DNA of 64,000 nucleotides, from positions 108,252,001 to 108,316,000 of the forward strand of contig OX597819.1 of assembly GCA_951406725.2 (NCBI GenBank), in the 5' to 3' direction. This DNA comes from Octopus vulgaris (taxonomy: Eukaryota). This document shows positions 37,640 to 51,200 of the stretch, one piece after another. The position numbers were made by a program, and so were the translations under genes. The number at the start of each line of letters is the position of its first letter. Position 1 is the stretch's first letter. A model generated the notes under the pieces. The model saw nothing but the letters and a program-made list of their open reading frames with translations, was not told the DNA's origin and made no database searches.

Positions 37640-38300
37640 AAGGCTCATCCATTTCTGAAGAAAATTATCTCTCATCTGCTAACACTCTACAAAAGTGGCT
37701 CAATATACTGCCAGAGCAAATTCTAGCTGTCATAATTCTTGTGACTGCATATATGATCACTTCTGAACAGCCAGATACATCTATGGCATTTCAGAAATTT
37801 ACAACAGCACCACCTGAAAAACATTAACTACAACTTCCACTCAGCCTTAACAAGTATGAAAATACAGACACACGAGTAACTTTTTTTCTTTCTTTGTGCC
37901 CTTTTAAAGCCTAGCCAGGCTCATGGGCCCAGTTTCCCGGTTTCAATGGTGTATGTGTTCTGCCAGTCCATCGCAACGTTACTAATTTTTGCCAGCTGAG
38001 TGGACTGGAACAACGTGACTAACTTTACTAAACCTCAAACACTGTGCTAAGACATACACTGCCAGAGATAAATGCAGATGAATATCAACACTTGCACCAC
38101 AAGAACCTATAGGCATACAGAAATAGACTAAACAGTGAAGAGAGTACAACATGTCCAGAATGCCAGCCTATACTCCATATGATAAACCACTTTATGTCAA
38201 AATACAAGCTATGGTCTTCAGTCAGTTAGAGATGTGATATATCCAGAACAACTGATGTGTGGGTTGTACCTAGTCATTTGGCCAATTACTTAGTGCCATA
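37640..38300 (+). mobile_element. Highly decayed non-LTR ORF2 C-terminus (zinc-knuckle-like), interrupted by a SINE fragment (37880-38020, -)
   Basis: AYRNRLNSEESTTCPECQPILHMINHF at ~38110-38200 resembles the Cx2C..H knuckle of I-group LINEs; many stops. Confidence 0.35.
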
Positions 38301-41219
38301 TATATCTGTTTGATCAGACATGATCTGACTGCACAACTACAGCAGAAGCCAAGAGGCTTTTTGCTTTTTTTTTTTATACATGTTCCAATCTAGGTTGGCC
38401 TGAAAATACTAAGATTAATGACCTTTTATAATTTTCCAAATTATGGAAAATGATAAAAGGGGCATGATGGCATATGCTAAACACTTGAAGGAGGATGTAG
38501 ATTTGACTAAAACATGGTATATTTCATACAGATCCCAAAATGTTTTAAGAGAGCGGTATAAGTGATTGTATTACCCAGTAATATACCCCTGTATTATTAG
38601 TGTATGTTCTATTGCAACATACATAAACAAAAAAAAGATGGGGGCAAAATCAACTTCAGCAGGATTTGAACTCAGAATGTAAATGAAAGTAATTATATTT
38701 TACAAAATGTTTAGTGCTATGTGGTACTATTTTATCACTTCTTCCATTCAGCTGTGTTAAGATTGGCAGATAATATGAGGGTGGGGTGCCTTATCTTGTT
38801 GATATTGATTATTCTAAGGTACCATGGAGCACAGAATACACAAATGTAATGAAGAATTAGAAAGAGAGGGGGAGTATTGTATACAGCCATGAAGAGAGAG
38901 ATGATGAATAGAGTGAGAGAAACATTGTGTTGTAGTCATGAAAAATTAGATAGACAGAGAAATCACAATATTGACAGAGTGAGAGAGAGAGAGATAACTG
39001 TTCATACTGGCATGAAAAATTAGATGGATTGTTAGATATAAAGACAGAGATAAAGACATGAGAGACAATATTTTGTGCAGTCAGCAAAGAATTAGAAAAA
39101 CAAAATGAGAGAGACAAATAGATGGAAATGAGGACAGTGACAATGTAAGAGAGACTCCATCTTGTTGAGAACAGCTAAAAAAAATAATGATCTTGCATGC
39201 TGGTTACATGCTAGTTATAAACTATCTTCAAATTCTTTTCCAGATAAAAATGAATGTTTGTGAAGTTATATTTAGGAAACAAGGCGTAACACATGATAAG
39301 TAAAGGATGTTTATAATCAACCGTTGTTTAAGCTTGTATATGCTGGAATTCTTCAAAATATTATAGCTAAATGGAGTATGAGGTCATTATACTTTTCTTT
39401 TGACATAGTGGTGTTTATCATGTGATTCAGTTGTTGCTTTTTAACTAAGTCTGCTCTTATCCAACAGACCAATGATCAAAGGGGTCCCAACTGCAGCAAA
39501 CATCATCTTTATTTTTTTTATTTTACATATAGTGTATCAAGGCTACATTACCCAATGTGTTCTTCCTTTTTTTTTTTCTTTTTTAGATGGCCAGATGTGA
39601 TTCAAAGGAAATCTGACTTATTTATAACAAGTTGAGCGACCATTTAGAAGCTCATTTGTGGTATTGTGATTCAAAAAAGAATGAATAATGGTACTGATTT
39701 ACAGATAGATAGACAGCATTAGACTATAACTCCCCATATACCTATTTATAGCAAGATAAACTGGGTACAGTAGATGACTGTTCCTCTCTGAGATATATAT
39801 TTATAGCTAGGTTAACTGAGTACAAGAGTAGACTACTTTTCTTTGAGATATCCATTTACAACTAGGTACACTAACATTCAACTAACTTGGCCAACTGTAA
39901 CTTTATTACTGAGACAAATTATTAGTTGAATACATGACTGAAACACATATGTACCAAACAGTCCAGTCAATTTAGCTGTAAACAAGTACCACTCCAGAAT
40001 GGTACAATTCACTACTGCAAGCCACAGGGAAGATAGTTGTTTTTTAGCCCAAGAGCAAACAAACCTACAAAGATATTGAGTTGTCACACCATCATCTTAT
40101 TTTAGTCATCATACATCTAGGATAACTTTATCCAATGAATTCATCATTTTTTAATGCAATGATATGTGATTTGGGGCAGATTTAATTATTATTTCTGAAA
40201 GGCTGGGTAACCATAAAGAAACCTCACCACATCACCTTCAGACTTCTCAGCCACTAAAATAATAGAATTGGCAAAAGTTTCATTAATTTTCAGTGCTGAG
40301 TTAAAAAATTGTCATGACCATTGCTTAAACACAGAGTCAGATTGTATCAGAGAGAGAAGCCTTAGATACAATTATATAAGGACCAGCCCTTCAATGAAAC
40401 TGCATATATACATTCTTTAAATTGTGACAATAATCCCTAAAAGTGAAAGGTCATGTCTATCTAAGATCATGTTTCAAGTCAGAAACTGCTAAAAGACTGG
40501 ACAGTGCCATTATAAAGAAACAATAAATTATTGGGAAATCTGTATTCAAGAAGACTGATAGATGTTCACATCTGAAAAATCTTGGTGTATAACAATGGCT
40601 ATGGAGAGAGAACAGAGCAAGACAGATTGGAGCTATATTTTACTGGTGACAGGAAACCAAAATTGATTTCTTGTTTTCGGTGTATTGCAGTGTACCAAGA
40701 AAACACAATAATTCATCACACTATACCATACAACACTTCACTATACCAATCTATATACATTGTACTATATCACAATTCATTACACAATACCACAACAAAT
40801 CAAACTTGACCTGACAATGTCAAACCATACAACACCAAGTCACATGATATGATACAACATAACATTATCCAACACCACACTACACAACTTGAAGTCACAT
40901 TACATGAAACCACATGAGTCAATGAGGCAGTCTGCATGTGGTTGCTCAACCTGGTCGAAATAGCAACCGAATATCCTAATTTCACTCTACTATCTTAAAA
41001 CATTGGATAATTATATCTGAAAAAATATGGAGTGGTCATGACTAGAATGAGTGATTAAAGTTCTTATTGATCAGGATTAACATAAGACTAAACACATTAC
41101 ATGACTAAACACACCACACTCCACCATACTACAGCATACTGGAACAATAATACCACTCAACACAAAGATGCTACATTCCTTGATACTCCAACACACTTTG
41201 TGATGCTACACCTATGAAG

Positions 41220-41545
41220 ACTTTGGTCATTTGTGACCAAAGGATTGCAACTAGAAAGTTTCCCTCCAAGGAACAACTCCAGGCAAGGTTGTTTATGGAA
41301 GACCAGTAGTCGCCCATGCATACCAGCCTCCCCTTTCCATTCCACCGATGCTGTCCAAGGGAAAGGGAAAGGCCAATACTGCTCAGCACCAATGATATTG
41401 CAACTCATTTCTACAGTTGAGTGAACTGGAGCGACGTGAAATAAAGCGCCTTGCTCAAGAACACATCACACAGCCCAGTCTGGGAACTGAACACACAACC
41501 TCACAATTGTAAGCCTGATACTCTAATCACTGAGCTATGCACCAC
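41220..41545 (-). mobile_element. tRNA-derived SINE (family-3 head/CORE-like, distinct tail)
   Basis: Minus-strand head tagctcagtgattagag...gttcagttccc, then gtgttcttgagcaaggcgctttatttcacgtcgctccagttcactc. Confidence 0.7.
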
Positions 41546-41982
41546 ACTAGAACTCCAACTACATTACATATGACATTACAACACACTAGAACAATAATAC
41601 TACTGAACACAAATATGCCGTACTCCATGATACTATGCCACAGAGTGTACAACACTTCAGTCCATGATACTCCATTACACTATTACACTAGAACTGTACC
41701 AAATCACCATCAATGAGATAATGAGTTAAGCTTTCTAAAACTACTATCTTTTAATTAATTTTCTTATCTGTATAAAACCACAGAAGGAACTCACTGTTAT
41801 TTTTAGAAGGTAGTAGTAGGGTTGTTGGTAGTGGTTGTGGTGGTTGTTACAGTGGTGATGGGATGAGTAGGTAGGTGGATTTTGATAGTGGCAGTGGTGG
41901 TGATGTATAGTGATGATTATAGTGAAAGTAATGGTGAAAATGGACATGAAGATGCAAGGAATAGAGATGATGGTGCTTAAGG

Positions 41983-42200
41983 TCATCATCATCATTTACT
42001 GTCTGTCTTCTATGATGGTATAGGTTAGGTTCAATAGAAAGCAATGAGTTGAATGACTGCATCCAACCCCAGTGTCTGCTTTGGCATGGTTTTTACAGCT
42101 GGATGCCCTTCCTAATGCCAACCACTTTATGGAGTATACTGGGTACCTTTTTTTCATGACACCAGCGCCAGAAAGGTCCTCATGTAACTTGCAAGACTAA
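41983..42200 (-). mobile_element. RTE-type LINE 3' tail (decayed)
   Basis: (CAT)n...tttacagctggatgcccttcctaatgccaaccac. Similar decayed copies at 11995-12115, 49373-49510 and 55115-55230. Confidence 0.65.
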
Positions 42201-43181
42201 TGAACTTCCTTGCTTGAATGGGACAACAGTTGAGAGAGAAACAGCTTTTTGCCAGATGTTGAGAGGTTAAAGTATGGGAGAAGAGACAGGAATGAGTTTC
42301 TTGTTGTTGAGGAGACACAAAGCTAACTTGCATTATATAAGAGTAGGCAGGTTAAATTATAGCAGAGTTGGAAAGAGAGACAAAAATGAAAATAATAATA
42401 ATGGTTTCAAATTTTGGCAGCAATTGAGGTGGGAGTATGTAAGTTGCTTACAACGATCCCAGTGCTCAACTGGTACTTATTTAATCAAACCCAAAAGGAT
42501 GAAAGGCAAAGATGACCTTAGCAGAAACTAAATGCAGAATGTGCAACAGACAAAATGCCGCTAACCATTTTGCCTGGTGTGCTAACGATTCTGCCAGATT
42601 GCCACCTTAATGAAAATTATGATAATAATAATTGTTTCTAACATAGGTACAAGACCAGAAATTTTGTGGGAGGAAGGGGAATTGTTTCTCAGGTATAAGG
42701 GTGTCAGTTTTGGGGGGAAGAGATTATTTAATACGATTAACCTCAGTACATGACTGGTACTTTATTTTCTTGATCTTGTTGGAAGTTGACCATGGCGTGA
42801 TTTGAACTCAGAATGTAAAGATCAAGAAAAAATACCACAAAGCATTTTGTTTGACATTAATGATTCTGGTGATGGTGATGATACTGATGGAGATAATTTT
42901 TTTTAATATGCCTTCTATGTTATTTGACTTTTGTATTAGATAATCTAAGGAAGATAGGGGTCACTGCTACATCATTAAAAATCAAGTCAAAAGTTGTGGT
43001 CATGACCATATCTTTTGATGCTCTCCTCCCTTCTTTCTTAGTCTTATGTCAGTTCATTTTTGCTGTTGAAATCTTTCACACTAATGTGAAAGATATCAAC
43101 AAAGTAGCTTTGAATCAAAGATATTACTGTTGTGACCATCCTGTCATGTGTGTGTGTGTGTGTGAGAGAGAGAGTTACATC

Positions 43182-43600
43182 TACTCTTTTACTCTTTTAC
43201 TTGTTTCAGTCATTTGACTGTGGCCATGCTGGAGCACTGCTTTAGTTGAGCAAATCAACACCAGGACTTATTCTTTGTAAGCCTAGTACTTATTCTATCG
43301 GTCTCTTTTGCCAAACCGCTAAGTTACGGGGACGTAAACACACCAGCATCGGTTGTCAAGCGATGTTGGGGGGATAAACAGACACACAAACATACACACA
43401 TACATATATATATATGTATATATATATATACATATATACATGGGCTTCTTTCAGTTTCCGTCTACCAAATCCACTCACAAGGCTTTGGTCGGCCCGAGGT
43501 TATAGTAGAAGACACTTGCCCAAGGTGCCACGCAGTGGGACTGAACCCGGAACCATGTGGTTGGTAAGCAAGCTACTTACCACACAGCCACTCCTGTGCC
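43182..43600 (-). mobile_element. Full-length tRNA-derived SINE (family 2), young copy
   Basis: Minus strand: ggcacaggagtggctgtgtggtaagtagcttgcttaccaaccacatggttccgggttcagtccc... ending aagtaaaagagtaaaagagtag; CpGs retained. Confidence 0.92.
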
Positions 43601-43894
43601 TATGTTTTTTTTTTTTTCAGGCATAATGTGTCTAGGTTTGATTGCAATTTCTAGCATTTTAAATAACTGCAGAGAAGCTTCTGCTAACTCATTGTTGAAG
43701 TCTATTGTCCAATGCTATTTTGGGCATTTCCAAGAGGTCAGTGCCATTGACTTGCAAACAGCATCTTTAGCCAGGGCTAAATCATATCATCAATCACAAC
43801 TAAATAAAATACAGGATAGAGTCACAGCTGATATGCCTTTAATTGTAAGTCTGCTAGATCAGACATGATCTAAGGTTAAACAACAAGAACTACT

Positions 43895-43934
<40 letters not shown>

Positions 43935-44445
43935 CATTACTACTACTGCTGCTGCTGCTACTACCTATCTGCCTCCTTCCCTTCTAGTGTTACTCTTCCA
44001 TTCCTGTCATCTGTTTCGTCAAGCCCTCCCTCCCCGCCTCACCATAATGTGTTTGCTCCTTTAAGAAGCAATTCATCAGGCATCATGAAAAGTTTAAAAA
44101 AAAAAATAAAATAAATTAATATAATAAAGACTCACAGATAAAAAGGCAGAGGTAAATATAGAGAAAGAGAAGGAGGTAAAAGAAATGAGATAGAAAGTAA
44201 AAGAGAGAGGGTCTTTCTGTAGAGGCAGAGAGATCAAATTCCAGAAATTCCACTTCAAACTATAATTACATAACACAAATGCATAACACATATTTTACAG
44301 CTAATGCATTTAAGGTAGTTGTGGCAATCTGAGACTGAGCAAAAAGGTTTCAAGTGCATTAAACAACAATATGGTAGTGGGTACCTGTTCTAACTATTGT
44401 GTGGGAAAATGTTCTGGGAAAATGGTTAAATGGTTGATTCCTTTT

Positions 44446-44672
44446 GGCAAACTGGCAGACACATTAGCGCGCTGGGCAAAATGCTTAGCGGTATTTCGTC
44501 TGTCGTTACGTTCTGAGTTCAAATTCCGCCGAGGTCGACTTTGCCTTTCATCCTTTCGGGGTCGATAAATTAAGTACCAGTTATGCATTGGGTCGATGTA
44601 ATCGACTTAATCCGTTTGTCTGTCCTTGTTTGTCCTCTCTGTATTTAGCCCCTTGTGGGCAATAAAGAAATA
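44446..44672 (+). mobile_element. Full-length tRNA-derived SINE (family 1), young copy
   Basis: ggcaaactggcagacacattagc...gttctgagttcaaattccgccgaggtcgactttgcctttcatcctttcggggtcgataaattaagtaccag; CpG-rich, with a tail different from the array copies. Confidence 0.9.
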
Positions 44673-44764
44673 TATTTCCAAAGTTATAGATGGATAGAAC
44701 TGGTAAGAAGCTGGACAAAATGCCTCAGAGCAATTAACTATGTATGTTTTAATACTTGGTTTAA

Positions 44765-44983
44765 TCCCTTAACATTTAAACCGGTCATATCTGGCCAAAA
44801 TATTCCACTTGCTTTATGTTCAAACTGGCCACATCTAGCCTCTCATACCTGCTCGAAAATGTCATTTTAAACATAAACAATCACATCATAAAAATCTCAA
44901 GGCTACAAGGTAATGCAGGATAAATTCAAAACAATGTGAATAAATAAGCATCACATTTGACAGAGTAATCTGAATACTAAAGG
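44765..44983 (-). mobile_element. TTAA-flanked MITE inserted into a decayed family-1 SINE (44690-45110)
   Basis: TTAA|tcccttaacattta ... tgaatactaaaggg|TTAA. The flanks rejoin as ggtTTAAgtcc, the SINE B-box region. Confidence 0.75.
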
Positions 44984-45345
44984 GTTAAGTCCTACTGCAG
45001 TCAACTTTGCCCATTATCCCTGACAGGGTCAATAAAATAAGCATAATTAAGTACTGGAGTTGATTTAATCAACTTCTCTCCAAACTTTTATGGACTTGTA
45101 CTAATGTTAGACATCACCATTAATATTATTGTTGCTGTTGTTGATGTTTGCTGTGTGTAGACACATATATTTACAGAGCTTTCTCTTAGATATTTTCTTT
45201 ACAGATTATCTGATCAAAAAAATGTTTATTTTTTTATACCAGACTACTTTTGGATTAGCCTCCACTCCAGGAAAATGAGATGGAAAAAGGCTTGTGATTT
45301 TTTTTTGATTTTTTTTTTCTTACTGAGTATATTCCTACTAGATGG

Positions 45346-45442
45346 TCATTTGTAACTTTGACCACATTTAAAAATAACCACATTATTGGTGGCAGTGGCA
45401 GTGATATTGATGATGATGGTGGTGGTGTTGGTGTTGGTGGTG

Positions 45443-45478
<36 letters not shown>

Positions 45479-45819
45479 GTACAAGGTAAAGGGAGATGTA
45501 TTGGTACCGATATTGACAACCTGTCCTCATCTATGTGGCTCAGAATAGGCAGGTGGTGGGTGTAGAGGTGACTTGCAACATGTGGTGACCTGCATGGACC
45601 TCGAGGTTCCGACGACTCTCCAACGGTCTCAAGACTATCCTGGAGTTTATAGTCCATCAAGGGAGCTAAGAGTTGACCAGATGGAGGTGCAGAGCAGTTG
45701 TATTGTTGCAAAGGTTGGGTGAGTTCATTTGATGCAGCAGAGGAAAGGCATAAAAAAAGGAGAGGAAAACAAACAGCAGTAGAAATGGTGACAACAGTAA
45801 GCCACTGAGGTGAATACAT
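45346..45819 (-). CDS. Candidate secreted-protein ORF/exon (signal-peptide-like N-terminus); product unknown
   Basis: About 110 non-repetitive codons are open, with hydrophobic MYSPQWLTVVTISTAVCFPLLFLCLSSA and locally retained CpGs. There is a pyrimidine-rich acceptor candidate at 45951 and a weak donor at 45521. A competing plus-strand exon (45553-45718) also exists. Confidence 0.3.
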
Positions 45820-46112
45820 TGGCTGCTGCCATCAATGTTCCTAGAACCAAGGTTAGCCAAAGATAAATGAGATCGATTCATTATCAGTGCCCCCAGCACA
45901 GAGGTTATGAGCAGCTGTTCTATCCTACTGTCACATGGTGACAGAGGGCAGCTGGTGTTTAGAGAGTATCAAGAAACAATCAGAAATTATAATAAAAAAG
46001 AAAAGAAAAAGAAGCAAGAAAATAATGAGCCTAAAGTAAAGGTAAGAGACAAGAAATCCCTCACAACTAAGTGCCAACCCTTTTTGAATGGCTGAACCTT
46101 GATGTTATTTAA

Positions 46113-46334
46113 CCCTTTCGTTACCGTATTTATTTTGAGATGCTCTGTTTTTCATTCAATTCATTTTAAATATAACAAAGAATTTAGTAAAAGAACTTAG
46201 TTATCATTAAGCTAGTGTTAGGAACACAAATTGTGACTTAGGTTTGGTGGAAGATATTAATTCAAAACTTATGAAAACAAGACATTTGTACTACGAAACC
46301 AGAGGCGGTTTTGGCCAGGTTGGTATCAAAAGGG
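46113..46334 (+). mobile_element. TTAA-flanked (piggyBac-type) MITE, second family
   Basis: TTAA|CCCTTTCGTTACC ... GGTATCAAAAGGG|TTAA; decayed second copy at ~48810-49010. Confidence 0.85.
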
Positions 46335-47339
46335 TTAAAGGGATAACTATAACCTAACTTGAGTTAGTAATTAACTTGTAAGGGTAATAGTGTCAGTAGA
46401 AGCAACACAGACTGTAGATATTTGGTTAGTTGCTTTACAGTATATTTAGTTCAGTATTTCATGTACTTCAGTTGAAATTCTGTCAAGGCACACACACACT
46501 ATCTTCACCCATTCCATTATCATCACCACCGTCATTATCAACAACATTACCACCGTCATTACCATCTACACCACCGTCACCATACCAGTGACAGTGGAAG
46601 CAGTGGCACTAGTGACTACAGTAATGAGGATAACAATTTTTTCATAAATATGATAGTGGTGACGATGATGGTGGTGGTGGAGGTGGGGGTGGTGGGGGTG
46701 CAATGGATGATAATGATTATTGGATGGTGATGAAGGAGGAGATGGAAGTGATGGAACAAGCAAGCAAGACAAAAAAAAAAAGGAAAAAATATACATATTT
46801 TTTTTGTACAAAATAAACCCCAACAAACTAGAAAATTAATCTGTCAGTATACAAGTGCACATTTTTATTATTAATCACTAACATTATTATTAGAATTATT
46901 ATTATTATTATTATTATCAACATCAGGAGCAGCAGCAATGTTGTTTTTACTGCTTAATGTTTTCTTTTTTCTCATCAGAAGAAAGCTACTTTTCTCTCTC
47001 CCCACTCTCACTTTTTTCCCTCGCTCTCTCTTCCACCTTTCCTTTTCGCCTCACTCCCACCACTACCACCCTCTCTCTTTTTTTTTTTCAAAAGCTGACA
47101 GTTTCAAGAATTCAAAGAATGGAGAACTGCAAACATATATATAAATCTCTCTCTCTCTCTCTCTCTTGAAACAAAGCATATATCTAGCCAAAACATCAGT
47201 GCAATTCAGTGCAGCTATTGCAACATGCTGATGTTGCCGCTGTTACATACAGTTGCACACATCTAAGACAAACAAAGGCAATGACAAGAGAAAGAGAGAA
47301 AACTTCAAACTAGATGCAGAGGAAACAACCTCACCAACT

Positions 47340-48030
47340 CCACCATCATGAACACCACTAACAATAACAACAATTACTACCAGAACCAACAATACCACTT
47401 ACTTCCCTACTACTACTACTACTACAACTAGCAACAACAACAACAATTACAATGACAATACATTCACTAAATACACACCACCCTTACTACCACTACCTGC
47501 AATACAACCACCACTATCACCACCACTGCAATGTCACAACCACTCACTATTACCACTGCCACCACCACAAGAACAACAACAATTACCACCACCACTGTAT
47601 TGGCATCACTACCAACAACAGCCACCAGCACCACATCACCATCACCACGCACTATTACCACCACCACCACCAACAGCAGCACCAACACTGTATCACCATT
47701 ATTACCTTCAGCACCACATACTACCACCATTACTCTCACCACTACTACCACAACTACCAAAACCACAACCATCACCACAACTGTCAATACCAGTACCACT
47801 AACACCACTCATTTCTACTACCAACAACAACTACCTATGCCACCACCACATCAGAAACCACCACCAACATCGATCAACACTACAACCAATGACAAACCAC
47901 CACTACCACCACCTCCACCATCATCATCATCATCATCATCATCACCAGTGTCAATACCAACACCAGCACCATCAACACAACTAACACCGCTACTACATTA
48001 CCATTACCAATACCACCACCACAAGCCAAC
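47340..48030. repeat. ACC/AAC/ACT cryptic trinucleotide low-complexity tract
   Basis: Seen directly; source of the poly-T/H/V ORFs. Confidence 0.88.
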
Positions 48031-48250
48031 AAAGGAACCTCTACATGGTCACTGAACCTGCTAGAAATAGCATTCTAATCTTACTCAAATAACATCTTAC
48101 CATCTTAAAAAGAAACACAGCAGTTAATGTTGTCCATGTTACACTATACTGAGAGAGAAAAACAAACTAGATGGTCACAATTGGAATGCCTTTCATTATA
48201 GATATGCTCAATGAGAACTGGCTTGGAAGCTACATAAACAACTACAACAA
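48031..48250 (+). repeat. Representative copy of an abundant old ~200-bp dispersed repeat ending in ...ggggctaaacaacaac
   Basis: The motifs ctgctagaaatagcagccaaat, aaatcacaccct, gatggtcatggctggaatgcctttgatcatag and gggctaaacaac recur at ~880, 4265, 4480, 25635, 31360(-), 32330, 35785, 36955, 39430(-), 40045(-), 40925, 43810, 50405, 52480(-), 56510, 61065, 63550(-) and 63770(-). Confidence 0.75.
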
Positions 48251-51200
48251 TAACACCACTTCCACAACCACCAACACTACTAACTCACCCACCACATCAT
48301 CCTTACAACAAACACATTCACTTATATACCAAAATACTCCTATCACCAAACCAAATATATATACACCAAATTTTCCTACCCAACACACACACACACACAC
48401 ACACACACACGAACACACCTTCCTGTCCTGCCATCTTATATTTAGGTGTGGTTTCCGTTTAGGTAATGCTTTTATAAATATTCAAGTGTATATATATATA
48501 TATGTGTGTGTGAGTATATATCTATATATAACTGTGTATGAATGTGTGTGCACGCATGTGTGTGCCAAGGTGTATGTATACACAGACATGGATGGGTGAT
48601 AAAGACGTTTGCTTTGTAATCATGAGGTCTCAATTTCAATTTCACTGCATGACATCTTGGGCAAGTACACTTTCTCATTGAATTGGTTTGACCCAAGCTT
48701 CTTAAGTGAAATTGGATAGATGAAACAAAGGAAACTCATCAGATGGATTGTACATGCAATTAACAGGGCCGGCTTTGTAACACACATTGCCTCAGGAAGG
48801 ATTATATTAACCCTTCTCTTACTATATTCCTATAAAAATTCAATATTTCATCTCTAATTTTAAACCTAATGAAGATTTAGTGAAATAATAAAATCATTAT
48901 TAATCTATTTTTGGGAGAATAACATGAAATTTTGATGAAAAGTTTTAATTCAAGCCATATCATATCATAGAACCAAGCACAGTCTCAAGTGGTTTGGTAT
49001 CAAAAGGGTTGTGGAAACAAATGTTTGTGGTACATTCAGCCGTTTACACTATAATTCAAAGATGAGGTAGTTCAGTTGATTGAACAGATGGAATACTCAT
49101 TGTTGAAACTATGGCTATCCATTTACTTACTTAATTATGTATGTAGAGATGAATGTGAAATTGTACGCATGTGTATAAATATTTAGTCATATGATCCTGC
49201 TTAATTGTGTGCAAGTATCTGTCTCTTTCTCCCTCTCTCTCCCTTTCTCCACATATAGATGTATAAAAAATTTATTGCTTTATATATATATATATATACA
49301 CACACACGCATATATACATATATATATATGGGTGTGTTTATAAATAAATATATGTATAATATATATATATAACATCATCATCATTTAACATTTGTTTCCC
49401 ATGCTGGCATGAGTTAGACAGTTTGCCATGGAGCTGGCCAGCTCCCCAGCCCAGGTCCCATGTGCTTTGGCATGATTTATACAGCTGGATGCCCTTCCTA
49501 ATACCACTTTGATGTAGCAAAACCAATACCCAGTTGTTAGAACTCAATATATTTGCAATGACAATATTAAGCTCAAGTGAGAATGGGTGTGAATTCATTG
49601 ACATCTTTTGCTCATATTTTTTATATGAACCAGAAGACCATTCCTAGCAGTGTGCTGTGTTCTTGAGCAAGGTATTTTATTTCACTATGCTCCAGTCAAC
49701 TCAGCTGAAAAAAAGTGCCAGCTAGTGCTGACACAGCCACCCATTCTTCTCTCTCCAGCTGTTACATCCTGGATGTTCCTCTGGGTCATGGGAGGGAAGT
49801 CTGAAAAGGAGTTTATGTCTGCTTGCAACTACCTATATCCCTACAACAATCAGTGAAAGTATGGCCAAATCATACTCTCTTTCAAGCAACAACTATGTCT
49901 GTGTGTGTGTAAACATGTATGGGCATACATCTGGACATATAATTTGCTCATGTGCATGAACACATCTACCTATCCACACACACACACACATGTGCATTGA
50001 AGCGCATATACATCAATGTGTATATATCTGTGTGAGCGAGTGTATGTCTTAAAGCTACTTAAGGCAGACCAGGAAGCATGAATGGCTGTGGTATTTTCTG
50101 GTGCAAACAGTAGCAAGTTAGCTAGGTGCCACATTTCTGCATGGAAACCCCACTTAAAAGTAGAACAGGGGTCCACTGCACAGCTCTTCAGTCTTTTGTT
50201 TAGTTGACAAAATATATAGCAGTATGATATTGGCATTCATTCAACTAAGAATAAGTACTCAGTCACTGAAAGTAATAAACAGATGGGAGATAAATTCACC
50301 CATTCTCATGGATAAGATGCCAGTCTATCACAGTTAACTTTCCCAGATTCTTTTTGAAGAACAATCAAAGCTACGACAATCAAAAACACCATTCTACAAG
50401 ACAATGAGGAAGCATTTATGTGTTCACTTGACCTGCTTTCCTAGTCACTCTGTACAATCTTCAAAAGAAGAACATATAAATACTATAAAAAGATAGGATG
50501 TTCAAAAGCAGACTACATCTTTATGACCTTAGATCTATTTATTCAGGGTTGTTTTTTAAAAGTTAAACAGTAATAACATGTTTCAAGGGTTCCCCAAAAA
50601 TGTTAAGGTCAATGTTTAACATCTGCTATCATGGCACTGAGCATCTGATTGGTGAATCTATCTACTCTTGATCTGTGTAGCATCTCTCAAGAAATAATAT
50701 GAGATACCTTCTATATAAGAACATATGCAAAACTAAGTATTACAATGTTTAATGCAAGGAGCATTAAAAGACTTCTACATCAACCAGTGTACAAGCTTTT
50801 CTTTTTCACTTGTTAAGTCTAAAGGCAGAGGCCCTGCCTAGAAGTTTTGAAGGTCCTGTGTGACCAGTGAGCTTGATACAATTAATGTTCCATTTGAACT
50901 GTGGCAGGTCAACAACTGCAAGGCATGAGCAAAGAGAAGATTCTATTCTAGGGAAAAGGTACTGGGTGTTATGTTAGTGCAAGACTGGGGTCACTAAGAG
51001 TGGAAAGAAGTGGAAGACATTTATCTAGGTGTATTTAACTTTACTCGAAAATATTTTGGGCAGATATAACCCCAGGTATGCAACACAAGGAGTGTCAAGG
51101 TGAGTTGTAGATTTTTAAAAGTATAATTTAAGGCTTTGGAAAACCCATTTTCAATATTTGAGCATCTTGATAAATATGTTATTCATAATTTCATTACACT

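Noticed and set aside
40300-40520. REALD..GPAL peptide resembling a GIY-YIG/PLE C-terminus
   Set aside because: Too decayed (stops, frameshifts) and no recognisable ribozyme downstream.
50715-50800. KLSITMFNARSIK resembling an APE endonuclease N-terminus
   Set aside because: A single short motif with no downstream endonuclease motifs visible.
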